Below, in pieces: positions 1 through 13,396 of a stretch of 64,000 nt of DNA; the stretch's first letter is position 1; each line of letters begins with the position of its first letter. The notes beneath the pieces are model-generated. The model ran no database searches, was not told where the DNA came from, and was given only the letters and a program-made list of their open reading frames with translations. The DNA lies in NCBI RefSeq assembly GCF_009914755.1, contig NC_060941.1; one strand, given 5' to 3'. The translations under genes were made by a program, and so were the position numbers. This DNA is from the human T2T-CHM13v2.0 reference genome, Homo sapiens.

Positions 1-701
1 GGCTCAGGTCACATACAAAGGGAACCCCATCTGGCTGGCAGCGGATCTTTCAAAAGAAACTTTAAAAGCCGGAAGAGATTGGGAACCTATTTTCAATATC
101 CTTAAAGAAAAGACATTCAAACCAAAAATTTCATATCCTGCAAAACTAAGCATCATATGCAATGGAGAAATTAAACCCTTTTTTGACAATCATACACTAA
201 GGGAATCTGTTACAACTAAAACTAGCCTTACAAGGGAGTGCTAAACATGGAAATGAAATAATGACACCTGCTTCCACAAAAACTAAAGCACAGTGCACAG
301 ACAGTATAAAGCAACTACACAATCAAGTCTACAAAATAACCAGCTAACAACATGATGACAGGATCCAAATCTCACGTATTAATAGTAACTTTGAATGTAA
401 ATGGTCTAAATACCCCACTTAAAAGACATAGAGTAGCAAGCTGGAATAAAAACACTGTCCAACTGTCTGCTGCCTTCAAGAGACCCATCTCACATTTAAT
501 GACACCCACAGGTCAAAAGAAAAGAAATGGAGAAAGATCTAGCATGCAAACAGAAAACAAAAAATGAGTATGAGTCACTATTCTTACAGTAGACAAAAGG
601 AACTTCAAATCAACAGTAAAGAAGAAGGACAAAGAGAGGCATGACACAATGATAAGGGAAAAATTCAATGAAAAGATTAAATATCAAAATATATATACAC
701 C
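1..701 (+). mobile_element. Old primate L1 (L1PA15-17/L1PB-like): end of ORF1, inter-ORF spacer and start of ORF2 endonuclease
   Basis: ORF1 C-terminal sequence (caggtcacatacaaagggaaccccatc...). ORF2 start at 352 translates MMTGSKSHVLIVTLNVNGLNTPLKRHR, matching the L1 EN N-terminus. Ends at the NIYxP motif (aaatatatatacacc). Confidence 0.9.
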
Positions 702-1062
702 TGATATGGTTTGGTTTTGTGTCCCTACCCAAATCTTACCTGAAATTGTAATCCCATAATCCCCACATGTCATGGGAGGAACCTGGCAGAGATCATTGAA
801 TCATGGAGCAGTTTCCCCCTTGCTGATCTCATGATAGCGAGTGAGCTCTCAAGAGGTCTCATGGTTTTATAAGGGGTTTCCCCCTTTGCTCAGCATGCAT
901 TCTCTCTCCTGCCACTGTGTGGAGAGGTGCCTACTCACATGATTGTAAGTTTCCTGAGTCCTCCCCATATATGCAGAATTGTGAGTCAACTGAACCTCTT
1001 TTCTTTATAAATTACCCAGCCTCTGGTATTTCTTCATAGCAGCGAGAGAACAGACTAATACA
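702..1062 (+). mobile_element. MaLR 5' LTR, THE1D-like (361 bp)
   Basis: Begins TGATATGGTTTGG and ends CAGACTAATACA. THE1-type body (ataatccccacatgtcatgggagg; ggttttataaggggtttccccc). Confidence 0.85.
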
Positions 1063-2622
1063 GTAAATTCGTACCAGGTGTGGGGTGCTGTTATAAAGAT
1101 ACCCAAAAATGTGGACGTGACTTTGGAACTGGGTAACAGGCAGAGGTTGGAATAGTTTGGAAGACTCGGAAGAAGACAGGAAAATGTGGGAATGTTTTGA
1201 ACTTCCTAGAGACTTGGAGGGCTCCGAAGACAGGCAGATGTCAGAAAGTTTGGAACTTCCTAAAGACTTGTTGAATTGCTTTGACCAAAATACTGATAGT
1301 GATATGGAAAATCAAGTCCAGGCTGAAGTGGTCTCAGATGGAGATGACGAACTTTTTGGGAACTGGAATAAAGGTGACCCTTGCTATTCTTTAGCAAAGA
1401 GATTGGCAGCATTCTGCCTCTGCCCTAGAGATCTGTGGAACTTTGAACTTCAGAGAGAGAGAGAGTCAGAAATTAAAACTTATGTTTACAAGGAAAGCAG
1501 AGCGTAAAGGTTTGGAAAATTTGCAGGCTGACCATGTGGTAGAAAAGAAAAAACAATTTCCTGGGGAGAAATTCAAGCCAGTTGCAGAAATTTGCATAAG
1601 TAATGAGGACCCAAATGTTAATCACCAAGACAATGGGGAAAATGTCTTCAGGGCTTGTCAGAGACCTTCATGGTAGCCCCTCCCATCACAGACCTGGAGG
1701 CCTAGGAGGGAAAAATGATTTCAGGGGCCAGGTCCAGGGACCCTCTGCTATGTGCAGCCTGGGACTTGGTGTCCTGTGTCCCAGCCACTCCAGCTGTGGC
1801 TAAAAGGGGTGAAGGTACAGCTCAGGCCATTGCTTCAGAAGGTGCAAGCCTCAAGTCTTGGTAGCTCCCATGTGGTGTTGGGCCTGTGGGTGCAAAGAAG
1901 GCAAGAATTGAGGCTTGGGAGCTTCTACCTAGATTTCAGAGGATATATGGAAATGTCTGGATTTCCAGGCAGAAGACTTCTGTAGTGGGGAGAACCCTCA
2001 TGGAGAACCTCTACTAGGGTATTATGGAGGGGAAATGTGAGGCTGGAGCCACCACAGAGTCCCCACTGTGGCACTGCCTAGTGGAGCTGTGAGAAGAGGG
2101 CCACCATCTTCCAGAGCCTAGAATGGTAGATCTACCAACAGCTTGCACTGTCCATCTGGAAAAGCTGCAGTTACTCAACACCAACCTGTGAGAGCAGCCA
2201 CAGGGACTGTATACTGCAAAGCCACAGGGACAGAGCTGTCCAAGACCATGGGGGCCATACCTTGCATCACTGTGCCCTGGATGTGAGACATGGGGTCAAA
2301 GATTATTTGGGAGCTTTACTTTCTGCTGAATTTCAGACTTTCATGGGGCCTATAGTCCCTTTGTTTTGGCCAAATTCTTCCTTTTGCAAAAGGGCAATTT
2401 ACCCAATGCCAGTACCCCCACTGTATCTTGGAAGTAACTAACTTGTTTTTGATTTTACAGACTGATAGGCGAAAGGGACTTGCATCATCTTAGATTAGAC
2501 TTTAGACTTGGACTTTTGAGTTAATGCTGGAATTAGTTAAGACTTTGGGGGACTGCTGGGAAGGCATGATTGATTTTGGAATGTAGGAAGGACATGAGAA
2601 TATTTAGGGGCCAGAGGCAGAA
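1063..2622 (+). mobile_element. MaLR internal region (THE1D-int/MSTA-int like)
   Basis: Starts gtaaattcgtaccag after the LTR and ends with a purine-rich PPT-like aggggccagaggcagaa. ORFs 1157..1507 and 1443..1676 are the degenerate MaLR internal ORF. Confidence 0.88.
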
Positions 2623-3074
2623 TGATAGGGTTTCGATCTGTGTCCCTACCCAAATCTCATGTTGAACTGTAATCCCCAGTGTTGGGGGAGGGCCCTAATG
2701 AGAGGTGACTGGATCAGGGGGGTGGATTTCCCCATTGCTATCCTCATTATAGTGAGTGAGTTCTCATGAGATCTCTTTGTTTAAAAGTGTGTAGCACTTT
2801 CCCCTTCACTCTCTCTTTTGCCTTTCATGTGACGACCATGCCTCCTTCTTTCCCCTTTTCCTTCTACCATTATTATAAGTTTCCTGAGGCCTCCCCAGCC
2901 ATGCCTCCTGTATAGCCTGCAGAACTTTGAGTCAATTAAACCTTTTTTATAATAAATTACCCAGTTTCAGGTATTTCTTTATAGCAGTATGAGAATGGAC
3001 AAATATTAAGTTGGTGCAAAAGTAGTTAAAAGTAATGGCAAAAACCACAATTACTTTTGCACCAACAAAATACA
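2623..3074 (+). mobile_element. MaLR 3' LTR, MSTA-like, with MADE1 inserted in its terminal TA
   Basis: tgatagggtttcgatctgtgtccctacccaaatctcatgttgaactgtaatccccagtgttgg...tgtttaaaagtgtgtagcac...gagaatggacaaaTA[MADE1]TAca. Confidence 0.85.
3006..3070. mobile_element. MADE1 (Hsmar1-derived MITE), partly deleted
   Basis: Inverted termini gttggtgcaaaagta ... tacttttgcaccaac. TA target duplication at 3004-3005 and 3071-3072. Confidence 0.92.
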
Positions 3075-4845
3075 ATGATCAAGTTGAGAGTCAAATAAAG
3101 AACACAATCTCATTTACAATAGCCACAAAAAAAAAAAAACCCAGGAACCTAGGAACACAGCTAAACAAGGAGGTTAAAGATCTCTACAAGGAGAACTACA
3201 AAACTCTGCTGAATTAAATCAGAGACAACACACATAAATGAGAAAACATTCCATGCTCATGAATTTGAAGAATCAGTGTCATTAAAATGGCCATATTTCT
3301 TAAGTAATGTACAGATTCAACACTATGCCTATCAAACTAACAACATCATATTTCACAGAATTAGAAAAAAACTATTTTAAAATTCATGTGGAACCCAAAA
3401 AGATCCTGAACAACTAAAGCAACCCTAAGCAAAAAGAACAAAGCTGGAGGCATCACACTACCCAACTTCAAACTCTGTTATAATGCTACAGTAACCAAAA
3501 CAGCATGGAACTAGTACAAAAACAGATCTATACACCAGGGTAAGAGAGCAGAGAACCCAGGAATAAAGTCACACACCTACAATCGTCTGATCTTTGACAA
3601 AACAGACAGAAACAAGTAATGGGGAAAGGACTCCCTATTCAATAAATGCTGCTGAAATAACTAGCTAGCCATATGCAAAATAAAACTGGACTCCTACCTT
3701 TTACCATATAAAAAACTTAAATGGATTAAAGATTTAAATATAATACTTTAAGCTATAGATATAAGAAGATCTAGGACACACCATAGTGTACATAGTCTTT
3801 GTGAGGTAATTTATGACTAAGTACCCAAAAGCAATTGCAACTAAAATGAAAATTGACAAGTGGGACCTAATTAAACTAAAGAGTTTCTGCACAGCAAAAG
3901 AAACTATTAACAAATTAAATAGAAAACCTACTGAATAGGAGAAAATATTCACAAACTATGCATCCAATAAAGGTCTAATATATTAAATATTTAAGAAACT
4001 TAAAGAATTCAACAAGCAAAAATGAATAACCTCATTAAAATGTGGGCAAAAAAGAAGACATACAAGCAACCAACAAAAATATGAAAAAATGCTCAACATC
4101 ACTAATTATCAGAGAAATGCAAATCAAATCCGCAATGAGATAACATTTCACAGCAGTCAGAATGGTGATTATTAAAAATTCAAGAAGCCATAGAAAGTGT
4201 TGAGGCTGTGGAGGAGGGGGAACAATTATATACTGTTGATGGGAATGCAAACTGGTTCAGCCACATTGGAAATATATTTGGAGATTTCTTAAATAACTTA
4301 AAACAGAGCTACCAGCAGTCCCATTATTGGCTTTACATCCAAAGGAAAATAAATCATTTTATCAAAAATACGCATGCACTCATATGTTCATTTTAGCAGT
4401 ATTCCCAATAGCAAAGACATTAAATCAACCTAGGTGCTCATCACTGGTAGACTGAGTAAAAAAAATATGCACTAGGGAATACTATGCAGTCATAATAAAA
4501 GAATGAAATCATGTCCTCTGCAGGAAATGGGTGCAACTGGAGGCCATTATCTTAAGCAAATTTATGCAAGAACTGAAATCCAAACACCACATGTTCTCAC
4601 TTAAAAGCGGGAGCTCAACCTTGAGTACACATGGACATAGAGATGAAAACAATAGACACTGTGGATTACTAGAGGGGAGAGGGAGGGGCCATGGGTTGAC
4701 AAACTACCTTTTGAATACTATGCTTACTACCTGGGTGACAGAATCCATATCCCAAATCTCAGCATTGATCAATACACCCATGTACCAAATCTACACATGT
4801 ACTCCCATGCCTAAAATAAAAGCTGAAATTATAAGAAAAAAATAC
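3075..4845 (+). mobile_element. Continuation of old L1: 3' part of ORF2, 3'UTR and poly(A)
   Basis: [20 protein letters not shown]...[15 protein letters not shown] matches post-RT ORF2. L1 3'UTR ends aaaataaaagctgaaattataagaaaaaaa. Confidence 0.92.
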
Positions 4846-5764
4846 AACTTAAAACAGAAGGAACAAAATCCAAATTGTAAAAAGAAAACATTCAAGGCAG
4901 AAATTAAAAAATAACTGTGAGAAAAATCAGAAAATATTTATGTAACAGAATATATTTTACAATTGTGAAATACTCTTAAAATCAATTTGTGCTTCCTAGT
5001 TCTTCAATCAAATAGGAAACCTATTAGTTAAAAGATACAATGCCTAAGATCAGTGTAATATTTTGGAGTGGAGTGCAAGCAAATCTAGGACACATTTATC
5101 CCAGCTGTTTGCATAAAGAAGTTCTAAGAGCAATGGCAGAAAATATGCAATTATGTTAATTCAAGATTCTAGCTATTAGGAAGATGTAACACTCCAGACT
5201 ATGGTAACAAAGAGTTTTGCCCTGTGGAAACCTTAGGCTGCTTATTTTTTGTAATTGGAGTAGAGCATTGACATCTAAGTTTTAGTTCATTAGAAATATT
5301 TCTGCTAGTACATAAGTTTCAAAGTGCTAGAAACATGATTTTTCCTTAATTTGTTAACTAGTGCTGTGACAAAAAATATATAGATTGTTTTACAATTGTC
5401 TTCTACTGTGCAGATGTAAACTTGAGCTTAGTACATTTCTGAATTAGCCTACAATCCAAATTAATTATCTGTATCTGCTGAGATGTTTCTGGGTAAGTAC
5501 AGAAAGACATAGCTCTGTGGAGAGAGAAGTAATAGTGTTTCCAGTGATAACTTATGTTAAAGAAGACCAAGCTTGGGATGCCATGCCTTAAGAATAGACT
5601 CTCAATATATTTTTCCAGCTTCCATTGTTGCTGCCCCACCAACAATTTAGTCCTTCTTAATACTATATAGCTATTAAGTCAATTTTATGCATGATAAATC
5701 TATTATCTTAGAAGAGAGAACAGTGCTGATGGATAAATGTGCACTATTGTTTTTATTACAAGGA

Positions 5765-5968
5765 TGTAGTCAATCGTCGTCATTCCCAGATTGTCTATTT
5801 GTGAATTGGCTTACTTGCTAAAATTTATTTGTATCCCCAAATCAATACTTGCAGTACTTTTTCAGCCATTTGCTGACATAAGCAAAGTGTCAAAAAATTT
5901 TAGTGGCTGTGCACATTCTCAGCATAGGTTGAAGAAAATACTTGATCTTGTTTCAGCTTTCATATTAT
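5765..5968 (+). mobile_element. MER82-like TcMar-Tigger DNA transposon, 5' piece
   Basis: tacttgctaaaatttatttgtatccccaaatcaatact...cttgtttcagctttcata resembles the recalled MER82 consensus. Confidence 0.7.
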
Positions 5969-5969
5969 T

Positions 5970-6560
5970 AAAAAAAAGAACTACCATTCTACCCAGCAAT
6001 CCACTACTGGGTATATACCCAAAGGAATAGAAATCATTCCACCATAAAGAGACATGCACACATATGATTACTGCAGAACTATTCACAATAGCAAAGACAT
6101 GAAACCAACCTAACTGCCCATCAATGGTAGATTGGATAAAAAAAAAAAGTGTGGTATGTATGCACCATGGAATACTATGCAGCCATAAAAGAGCTAGATC
6201 ATGTTTTTTACAGGAATATATATGGAACTGGAGGTCATTATCCTTAACAAACTAACACTGGAACAGAAAACCAAATGCTTCCTGTTCTCACTTGTAAGTG
6301 GAAGCTAAATAATGAGCACACATTGAAAGAAAGTGCAGGAGAAACAGACACAACAGACCCTTGGGCCTACTTGAGGGCGGAGGGTGGGAGGAGGGAGAGG
6401 ATCAGAATAACAACAACAGCAATAACAAAAAAACCTATCAAGTCCCATGCTTAGTACATGGCGGATGAAATAATCCGTACACCAAACCCCCGAGTCATGA
6501 GTTTACCTGTATAAGAAACCTGCACATGTAACCCCGAACCTCAAAAAAAAGGTAAAAATT
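5970..6560 (+). mobile_element. 5'-truncated L1PA (about L1PA11-15) 3' end
   Basis: End of ORF2 ([12 protein letters not shown]) plus L1PA 3'UTR ending aacctgcacatgtaaccccgaacctcaaaaaaaa. Confidence 0.88.
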
Positions 6561-6564
6561 TTTT

Positions 6565-6808
6565 TAAAGAATGAATAAGGTCTAGCACTTGATAGCACAA
6601 CAGAGTGACAATAGCAAATAATTAATTATATATTTTCAAATACCTGAGTATAACTGGATTGTTCTTAACACAAAGGTTAAAATGTTTACGTGACAGATAC
6701 CCCTTTTACCCCCATGTGATTATTATACGTTGTGTGCCTGTATCAAAATATACCCCATCAATATATACACCTACTATGTAACCAAAAAAATTAAAAAATA
6801 AAAATGAA
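6565..6808 (+). mobile_element. L1MA (L1MA2/3-like) 3'UTR end
   Basis: gaatgaataaggtctagcacttgatagcacaacag...atatatacacctactatgtaacc followed by an A-rich tail. Confidence 0.8.
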
Positions 6809-7265
<457 letters not shown>

Positions 7266-7594
7266 GCTTCAACATGATTCTATAATAATCTACTGATAAC
7301 TGCTTAGCAAATGACATTAATATTATAATTTAAATTTATTTGTAGAAACACCTTAAATGATCATTTAAACTCAGGAGACAAAGAAGAGGGTCCTTGGTTT
7401 TTGTGTAGAACTTGGAGTAAATACTATAGTTTCAGTAATGATCACACCATCAAGCTGTTAACAACCAGGTGACAGAGAAAAAGTTTAAGGGCTATTAAAG
7501 AGAATTAAAGCTGGCTAAGATAACATGGGACATAATGTCCCATGCCAGACATTAACAAATTATAATAAAATAATAGAAGAAAGAAATTGAACTT

Positions 7595-7790
7595 GTAATT
7601 AAGCATCTATTTTTGCCTCCAGGTTTGTGTTGTGTTTTTATTTATCTCATTTAATACTCAACTCTGAAGTATCATCATTGTTTAACAAAAGAAAGAATTG
7701 AGGGTCAGAGAGTTACATGTTCTGCTCCAGGCCACACACCTACATAATTTGATTATTGGCATCAAAATTCAAATCTTTGGGTTTTGAGTA
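7595..7790 (-). mobile_element. MIR relic
   Basis: tatctcatttaatactca...gaattgagggtcagagagttaca...ccaggccacac resembles the MIR core. Confidence 0.5.
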
Positions 7791-8779
7791 CTGATAATGT
7801 CTAGAATTACTCTCCTCTCTTACCTGTAAGCCTCTTCCTCAATACTGATTGTGCTTAGGTTGTTCTCTAAATTTTGAATCCTTTGAATTTCCACAGTCCT
7901 TCCTTCAACACAAAGAATAATATCCAGGGCTACTCTTTCTTATTATAGTAACTTACCCTGAAGACTCGGACCCAATGTTCTTCCTCTTTGAAACATATTC
8001 TAAAGACATAGATTTGAATTTTAACCCTGGCATCAGAAAACAACCCTTCAGCATATATGGGTATATGTATGTTTATGTATATGTGAAAATTTTTTATATG
8101 TTCCTGAATAACACATCTTGTACCAAATGTGATTTAAAATTGTTAATAGAGATAACATACAATAAAACAACTTACTGAGTTGTTTACTATGTGAAGACTA
8201 CCTCTCATTCAAGAGGGAGGATTGAGCACACATGTTTACATGCTGCTTCTGTGTGACTCAAATTAAATAACAGTAATGGGCTAAATATGCATAAATTCAT
8301 AATGATGAATAGAATGAGAACAGGAACAACATTAGATGATGAATTTTAACATTTATGATGACAAAAATAGATCAATGAGATGTGACTAAAGAGAAAAAGC
8401 CATGAAGACAAAGCCTAGAATATATGAAGAAGTAATTACAAGAAAGGAGGCAGAGGATAGAATTTCTCAATACATTTCTCAACTCAGAAACTTCAAGAAC
8501 ATTAGAGAGTGAAATGTAGAGGATGGGATAAACAGACATTTAGTAATCTCTATGTCAATATTCTCTATTTCTTAAGGCAAACATCCCACAACCAAGTACT
8601 CATGTCCTGACAGAATAAACAGCATGAGATTCTTCTGTAAAAATAAGTTTGAGGAAAACTAGCACAAATATTCTGGGGTATTGACACCTCCGAGTAATGA
8701 CTTCTGCATTTTATCATTTGGGAGTCTGACAGTTCTGTGTCAGTTTCTTCTTGACTCCTTCCAAAGTAAGTTTGGTTAA

Positions 8780-9980
8780 GTTAACAGCTCTGCCCTTACA
8801 CTTTTAATTTGCACTATCCTATTGTTCACTAAACAGAAAAAGGCAAACAAGGATCATCAGGCTTCTGCATTATAAAGATAAAGTCCAAGAAAAACAAACT
8901 GCAAACTAGACTTCTCGTCTCAGTTGAAAAGAGAAATTTTAAGGAAGATAACTGAACAAAAACCTATGTAATATTGACAGACACATATTTACATATCCAT
9001 AAAATAGGAAAGTAATACAATAAAATGGGTATGGAGAGAATATAAAGTGCTATTATGAAAAAAAGATGGTTTCTGAAATATATATATTATATAAGTACAT
9101 AGAAGGTAAGTATTTGGTTGTGGGATGTTTTGCCATAAGAAATAGAGAATATTGATGTAGAGATTACAAAAAATATAGATGATAGATAATCAACTTGTAG
9201 AATTAACTTAGAGACAGAATGCAGATTATATATATATTATATATAATCATATATATATTATATATGAAGGAGGTGGAGGAGATGAGAAAGGAAGATAGAA
9301 AAGAGGAGAGAGAATATTATGTTAGGACAGATACTTTATATGATAAAAGAATCAGATCAACACCATATATCTTACTAACATATTGATGCTAGAAAGCATT
9401 AGATCAATGCCTTTAAAGCTCTGAGGAAAATTATTTTCAACTTAAAATTCTAAACCTACTGATATTATCGATATAGTGGAAGTGTCAAAGAAAGTTATTG
9501 TGAGACATATTTGAACTAAAAAGTTTCCCTGAGAATGTATTCTAGCAAAATACGTGCAGAAACCAAGGAAGATTGAACATGGGAGCCAGTGATCCAGGAA
9601 AAGAAAAATTAAATGAAGTTTTAATTTAATACCTACAATGTAGCAAAAATAACAATTAGTAAATGTTGGAAATAGAACAGATAATTCAGAGAATAGGGTA
9701 TCTGAAGAGACAGAAAGAGAAAGAGAAAGAGAACATATCACATGGTTTAGAAAATGTTACCAAGGCATTAAAATAACGAAATAATTTCATAAAGGCAGAC
9801 AGTGCTAGATTTAAAACAATGGTTAGAAACTTCTACATAAAAATTAAATGCTATATAAAAAAGAAAATTTCATTACAAGATACTCTTTAACTCTGTAGCA
9901 AAATATAATTGGAAAGTCATAATAAAATAAAATCTTTTAATTGATATTCAACTTGTAGAATTAACTTAGAAACAAAATGC
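8780..9980 (+). mobile_element. Ancient L1M (L1ME-like) ORF1-region fragments
   Basis: A-rich strand skew. gatgctagaaag...aatgcctttaaagctctgaggaaaattattttcaacttaaaattcta resembles the ORF1 C-terminal part. Confidence 0.5.
9226..9265. repeat. Imperfect (TA)n microsatellite
   Basis: ttatatatatattatatataatcatatatatattatatat. Confidence 0.85.
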
Positions 9981-9990
9981 AGACAATGTA

Positions 9991-10387
9991 TGTCACATTC
10001 TGTTTTGTATTGCTATAGCAGAGAGAGTTACCTGAGAGTGGGTAATTTATAAAGAACAGAGATTTAGTTTTTACAGCTCTGGAGGATGGGAAGTCTAAGA
10101 TCAAGGGGCCACATCTGGAAGACCTTCTTGCTGCATCATCCCATGGTGGAAAGCAGAAGGACCAGATGGCACACTTGAGAGGGAGCAGAAGATGAGGCTA
10201 AATTCTCTTTTATAAGGAACTCATTCTCATGATAGCTAACCCACTCCCAAGATAATGATATTAATCTATTCATGAGGCAGAGCCCTCATGACCTGATCCC
10301 CTCTTATTAGGCCCCACCTTTTAATACCATTGCATTGGGAGTTGTTTCCATGACATGAACTTTGGGGGACACATTCAAACCACAGCA
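9991..10387 (-). mobile_element. MaLR solo LTR (MSTD/MSTC-like, 397 bp)
   Basis: TG...CA termini and ggggacacattcaaaccacagca end. 5-bp TSD atgta/atata (1 mismatch). Confidence 0.85.
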
Positions 10388-11039
10388 ATATAATTTCAGA
10401 AAAAATACAAAAGTGCAGATGATAAAGATTGGGAGAATAGATAAGAAATACAATCCAGGGGCATTTAGACATGCTACTGTGCTTGTCTTGTACAATGCAG
10501 AAGCATGAAACACAAACTGCAGTTAATGAAAACATAATGTTACCAAGAAAATGAATGCAGAGACTCTGCCTTAAGCAAACACTCCTTTTGTTCCTGCTCT
10601 GGAATTCTGGAACATCTGTCATCCTTAAACACTTTATAGGCATTAAGATGAGGCAGGGTTGTTTTTCCTCTAGTTATAATTAGGTCAGTCTTTAGAATTT
10701 CCAGGAGATTTAATAGACTGTATATTATCAGGTAATTCCTTATTGTCTCTTTTAATAGTAATTTCACAAGGTATTATAAATCAATGAACACAAGACTGCA
10801 ACATTTTTTTCAGAAATAATTATTTTGTTAACACATCCTTTAATAATCAGCTTATCTTGGGTCGGAATTAGCACAGTCTTATAAGAAATTGAAGAAATAA
10901 AGACACCTAAGTAGTCTAAATATAAGGTTAGTCAACTTCCACTTGGAGGTGTGATTAGCTTCATGGGGATGAACATCCAGGCAGAATTTCAGATGCTGAG
11001 ATAGATATTAACAAGATGTTATTCACTCATTTGAACATT

Positions 11040-11560
11040 GTGGTTAGTGTCCCAATATATATTCTATCCCCTCCTTGTTAAGGCTGGTTGTAAACAGCAA
11101 TGTGGTCCTAAGACTTAACCCTATGCCCAGGAAAGGGCATTGATTAGTCTAATCCAATTAATTTAATTCCTTTAATTCTCTTCCCCTTGACACTGTTTGT
11201 CTTAAAAAAATCCAGGTTTAAGTCAATTAGCACAAAACCATCTCTTGGTGAAAGTTATTGGAGCAGGGATAAATATATCATATAATTTGGTCCAATCAAA
11301 TGGAAAGATAAGCACTTTATCACAAGCTTTATGAAACATAATAAGGAAGGCATTACTAAGTTGCTGTTGGCATTAATTTTGTGACCATGAAAGAAGTGAA
11401 GGGCAGAACAATAAGAATTTGAGAGAAATGTAGTCTTGGTCAAAACATGCCTGACATTCGCTCATCTCTGCACTTGCAGATAAGTGAGATAATCCTGTAT
11501 CTTTAAGCAGAGTTGGCTTAGATTTCAATTATGTCGATATTAAAGTATCCTAATAGAGAT
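11040..11560 (+). mobile_element. Old MaLR LTR relic (MLT1J/K-like)
   Basis: 3' end (tttaagcagagttggcttagatttc...aaagtatcctaatagagatac) resembles old MLT1 termini. Very diverged. Confidence 0.4.
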
Positions 11561-12974
11561 ACCCTCTAGCTGTAAGCCAATCCTGGCAGCATAAGGGAAG
11601 TGACCTGAGGAGTCCATGTTCTCTTTTTTTAGTTCCATTCCTTAGACACAAGAATGTTATGCAAGGGGCAATCACAGATCCTTTTCTCCCTGGTTCTTCT
11701 TGCAGGCACAATGATGGGAGTAGTGAGGATTATACTTTAAAGAGTCAATCAAGACTAACATGTACCATGTAAAACATGACCTTGTGCTACATAATCCTAA
11801 ACTGATGATACATTAAATCTTACCAACTCCATAAACATATACTGGAATAATTACAGGTATTGTATTGGTGTAGTATTTAGGAAATAAATAAAACCATAAT
11901 GGAGAAACCATACAGGTTACTGTAACAAAATTAAGGGGAGGGGTTCTTCACCTGTCACCTTAAGCAATTACAAAATGTTGAGCTATTTGAAGGTGGTGAT
12001 AATGGATGCCAGCAAATCATTCAGCTTTTCCTCAGTGCATAACTTACATAATTATTTATTGAAATAGTGATAAATGAGTCTGAAATATTGATATTCTGCA
12101 ATAAATGGTCACTTTTAATTATGTTCAAATGGATGCTTTGCCTGATAGAATTCTGTCATATTAATAAATGTTGCAGAGAAAACACATTCCTTATACTAAC
12201 GAAGGGACAACATTCTATAATTTAATCAACCAATTTCTAGATGACGATGTGGGGAAGGGGAAAGCAGTAATCACCAGTAACCAGTAAATAGTTTAGTGGT
12301 GTGCCTTAACATGAAGGAACACAAACAGTTATTTAGTTCCCCTTTCTTTTGTAAGTGTAGATCTACTCTGTGCCAAGTCAACAGAGTAAATAATTGTGGA
12401 CCAGAGGAGGTCAATGAGAAGGGGTTGGTCCAATTTTATGAGGATTCCAGGGAGAGAAGATGTTAATACTACCAACCTGTTCTCCCTGATATTTGGAATT
12501 TATGGGGAACTACTAGACAGAAGGTTACTAACCAAGACCTGGCAGCAGTGAGAGGCAGCAAGTATATTATCCTAGAGGGTAGGTAGATGTTATTATGGAG
12601 GGTAGAGAGTTCTCAAAATACTAATGAGCTACAACATCAAATCAGAAAGAGAGACAGAGAAGTAAGTTAGTGCTTTTAGTTACAAGCTTTGTTAGGTCTT
12701 GACACAATGTACACTAGGAACTTTTAATTCAATATCTAGACACATGCCAACTGAAATTATTGTTTGATAGGAACTATCTACTTCCAACTTATAATTTCAA
12801 ACCAACTACATGGATTTAGGGAAAAGTTTTTTTTTTGAAAAGGTTTTTCACAGGACAAAATGCTAGGCAGACCACCCCCAAATATATGTAATACTACCAC
12901 GTTTTGTGCATTTATAAGTTGAATATGGTACAACATGTCTAGATGAATACTCACCCTGTATGTGTATGTGGGTC

Positions 12975-13391
12975 AAGGGAGCACGGCATAGACATATAGA
13001 TGTGTCTCTCAGATTCCTCTTTAAGGAAGAATTTGTTGCCCACTCATGGAGAGTACAGTCAGCAGATAACCTCCAGGGGTCAGCCACTTCAGGGTCTACC
13101 TCAACTGCAGACCTCCATACCACCCAAGGTTATGATCTTCCCAAAGCAGCTCAGATCCAAGGACTGAATGAAATGTGGATATAAAATTCTAGTCATTTTG
13201 GCCAGATGCAAGACATTATCATGTCCCATTGCTCTTTGCCAAACTGGATGAGGATTTCTTGGGCCTGAGTCACAATTTTCCTTTGCTCAATCCTGCTACA
13301 CATTCTTTCCCTTCACAGATATTGATTCTTAACAAACACAGAGAATCCCAAGACACCAAACTTCATCATTATTTGCTTCTGGAGAACTTAA

Positions 13392-13396
<5 letters not shown>
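12975..13396 (+). mobile_element. ERVL LTR16-family solo LTR
   Basis: ctcagattcctc...cagccacttcagggtctacctcaactgcaga...cccaaggttatg...atccaaggactga...gatataaa follows the recalled LTR16A/C layout. Confidence 0.7.

Noticed and set aside
1156-1272. ~54-bp tandem duplication in the MaLR internal region
   Set aside because: As I recall, this duplication is common in THE1D-type internal sequences, so it is probably not locus-specific.
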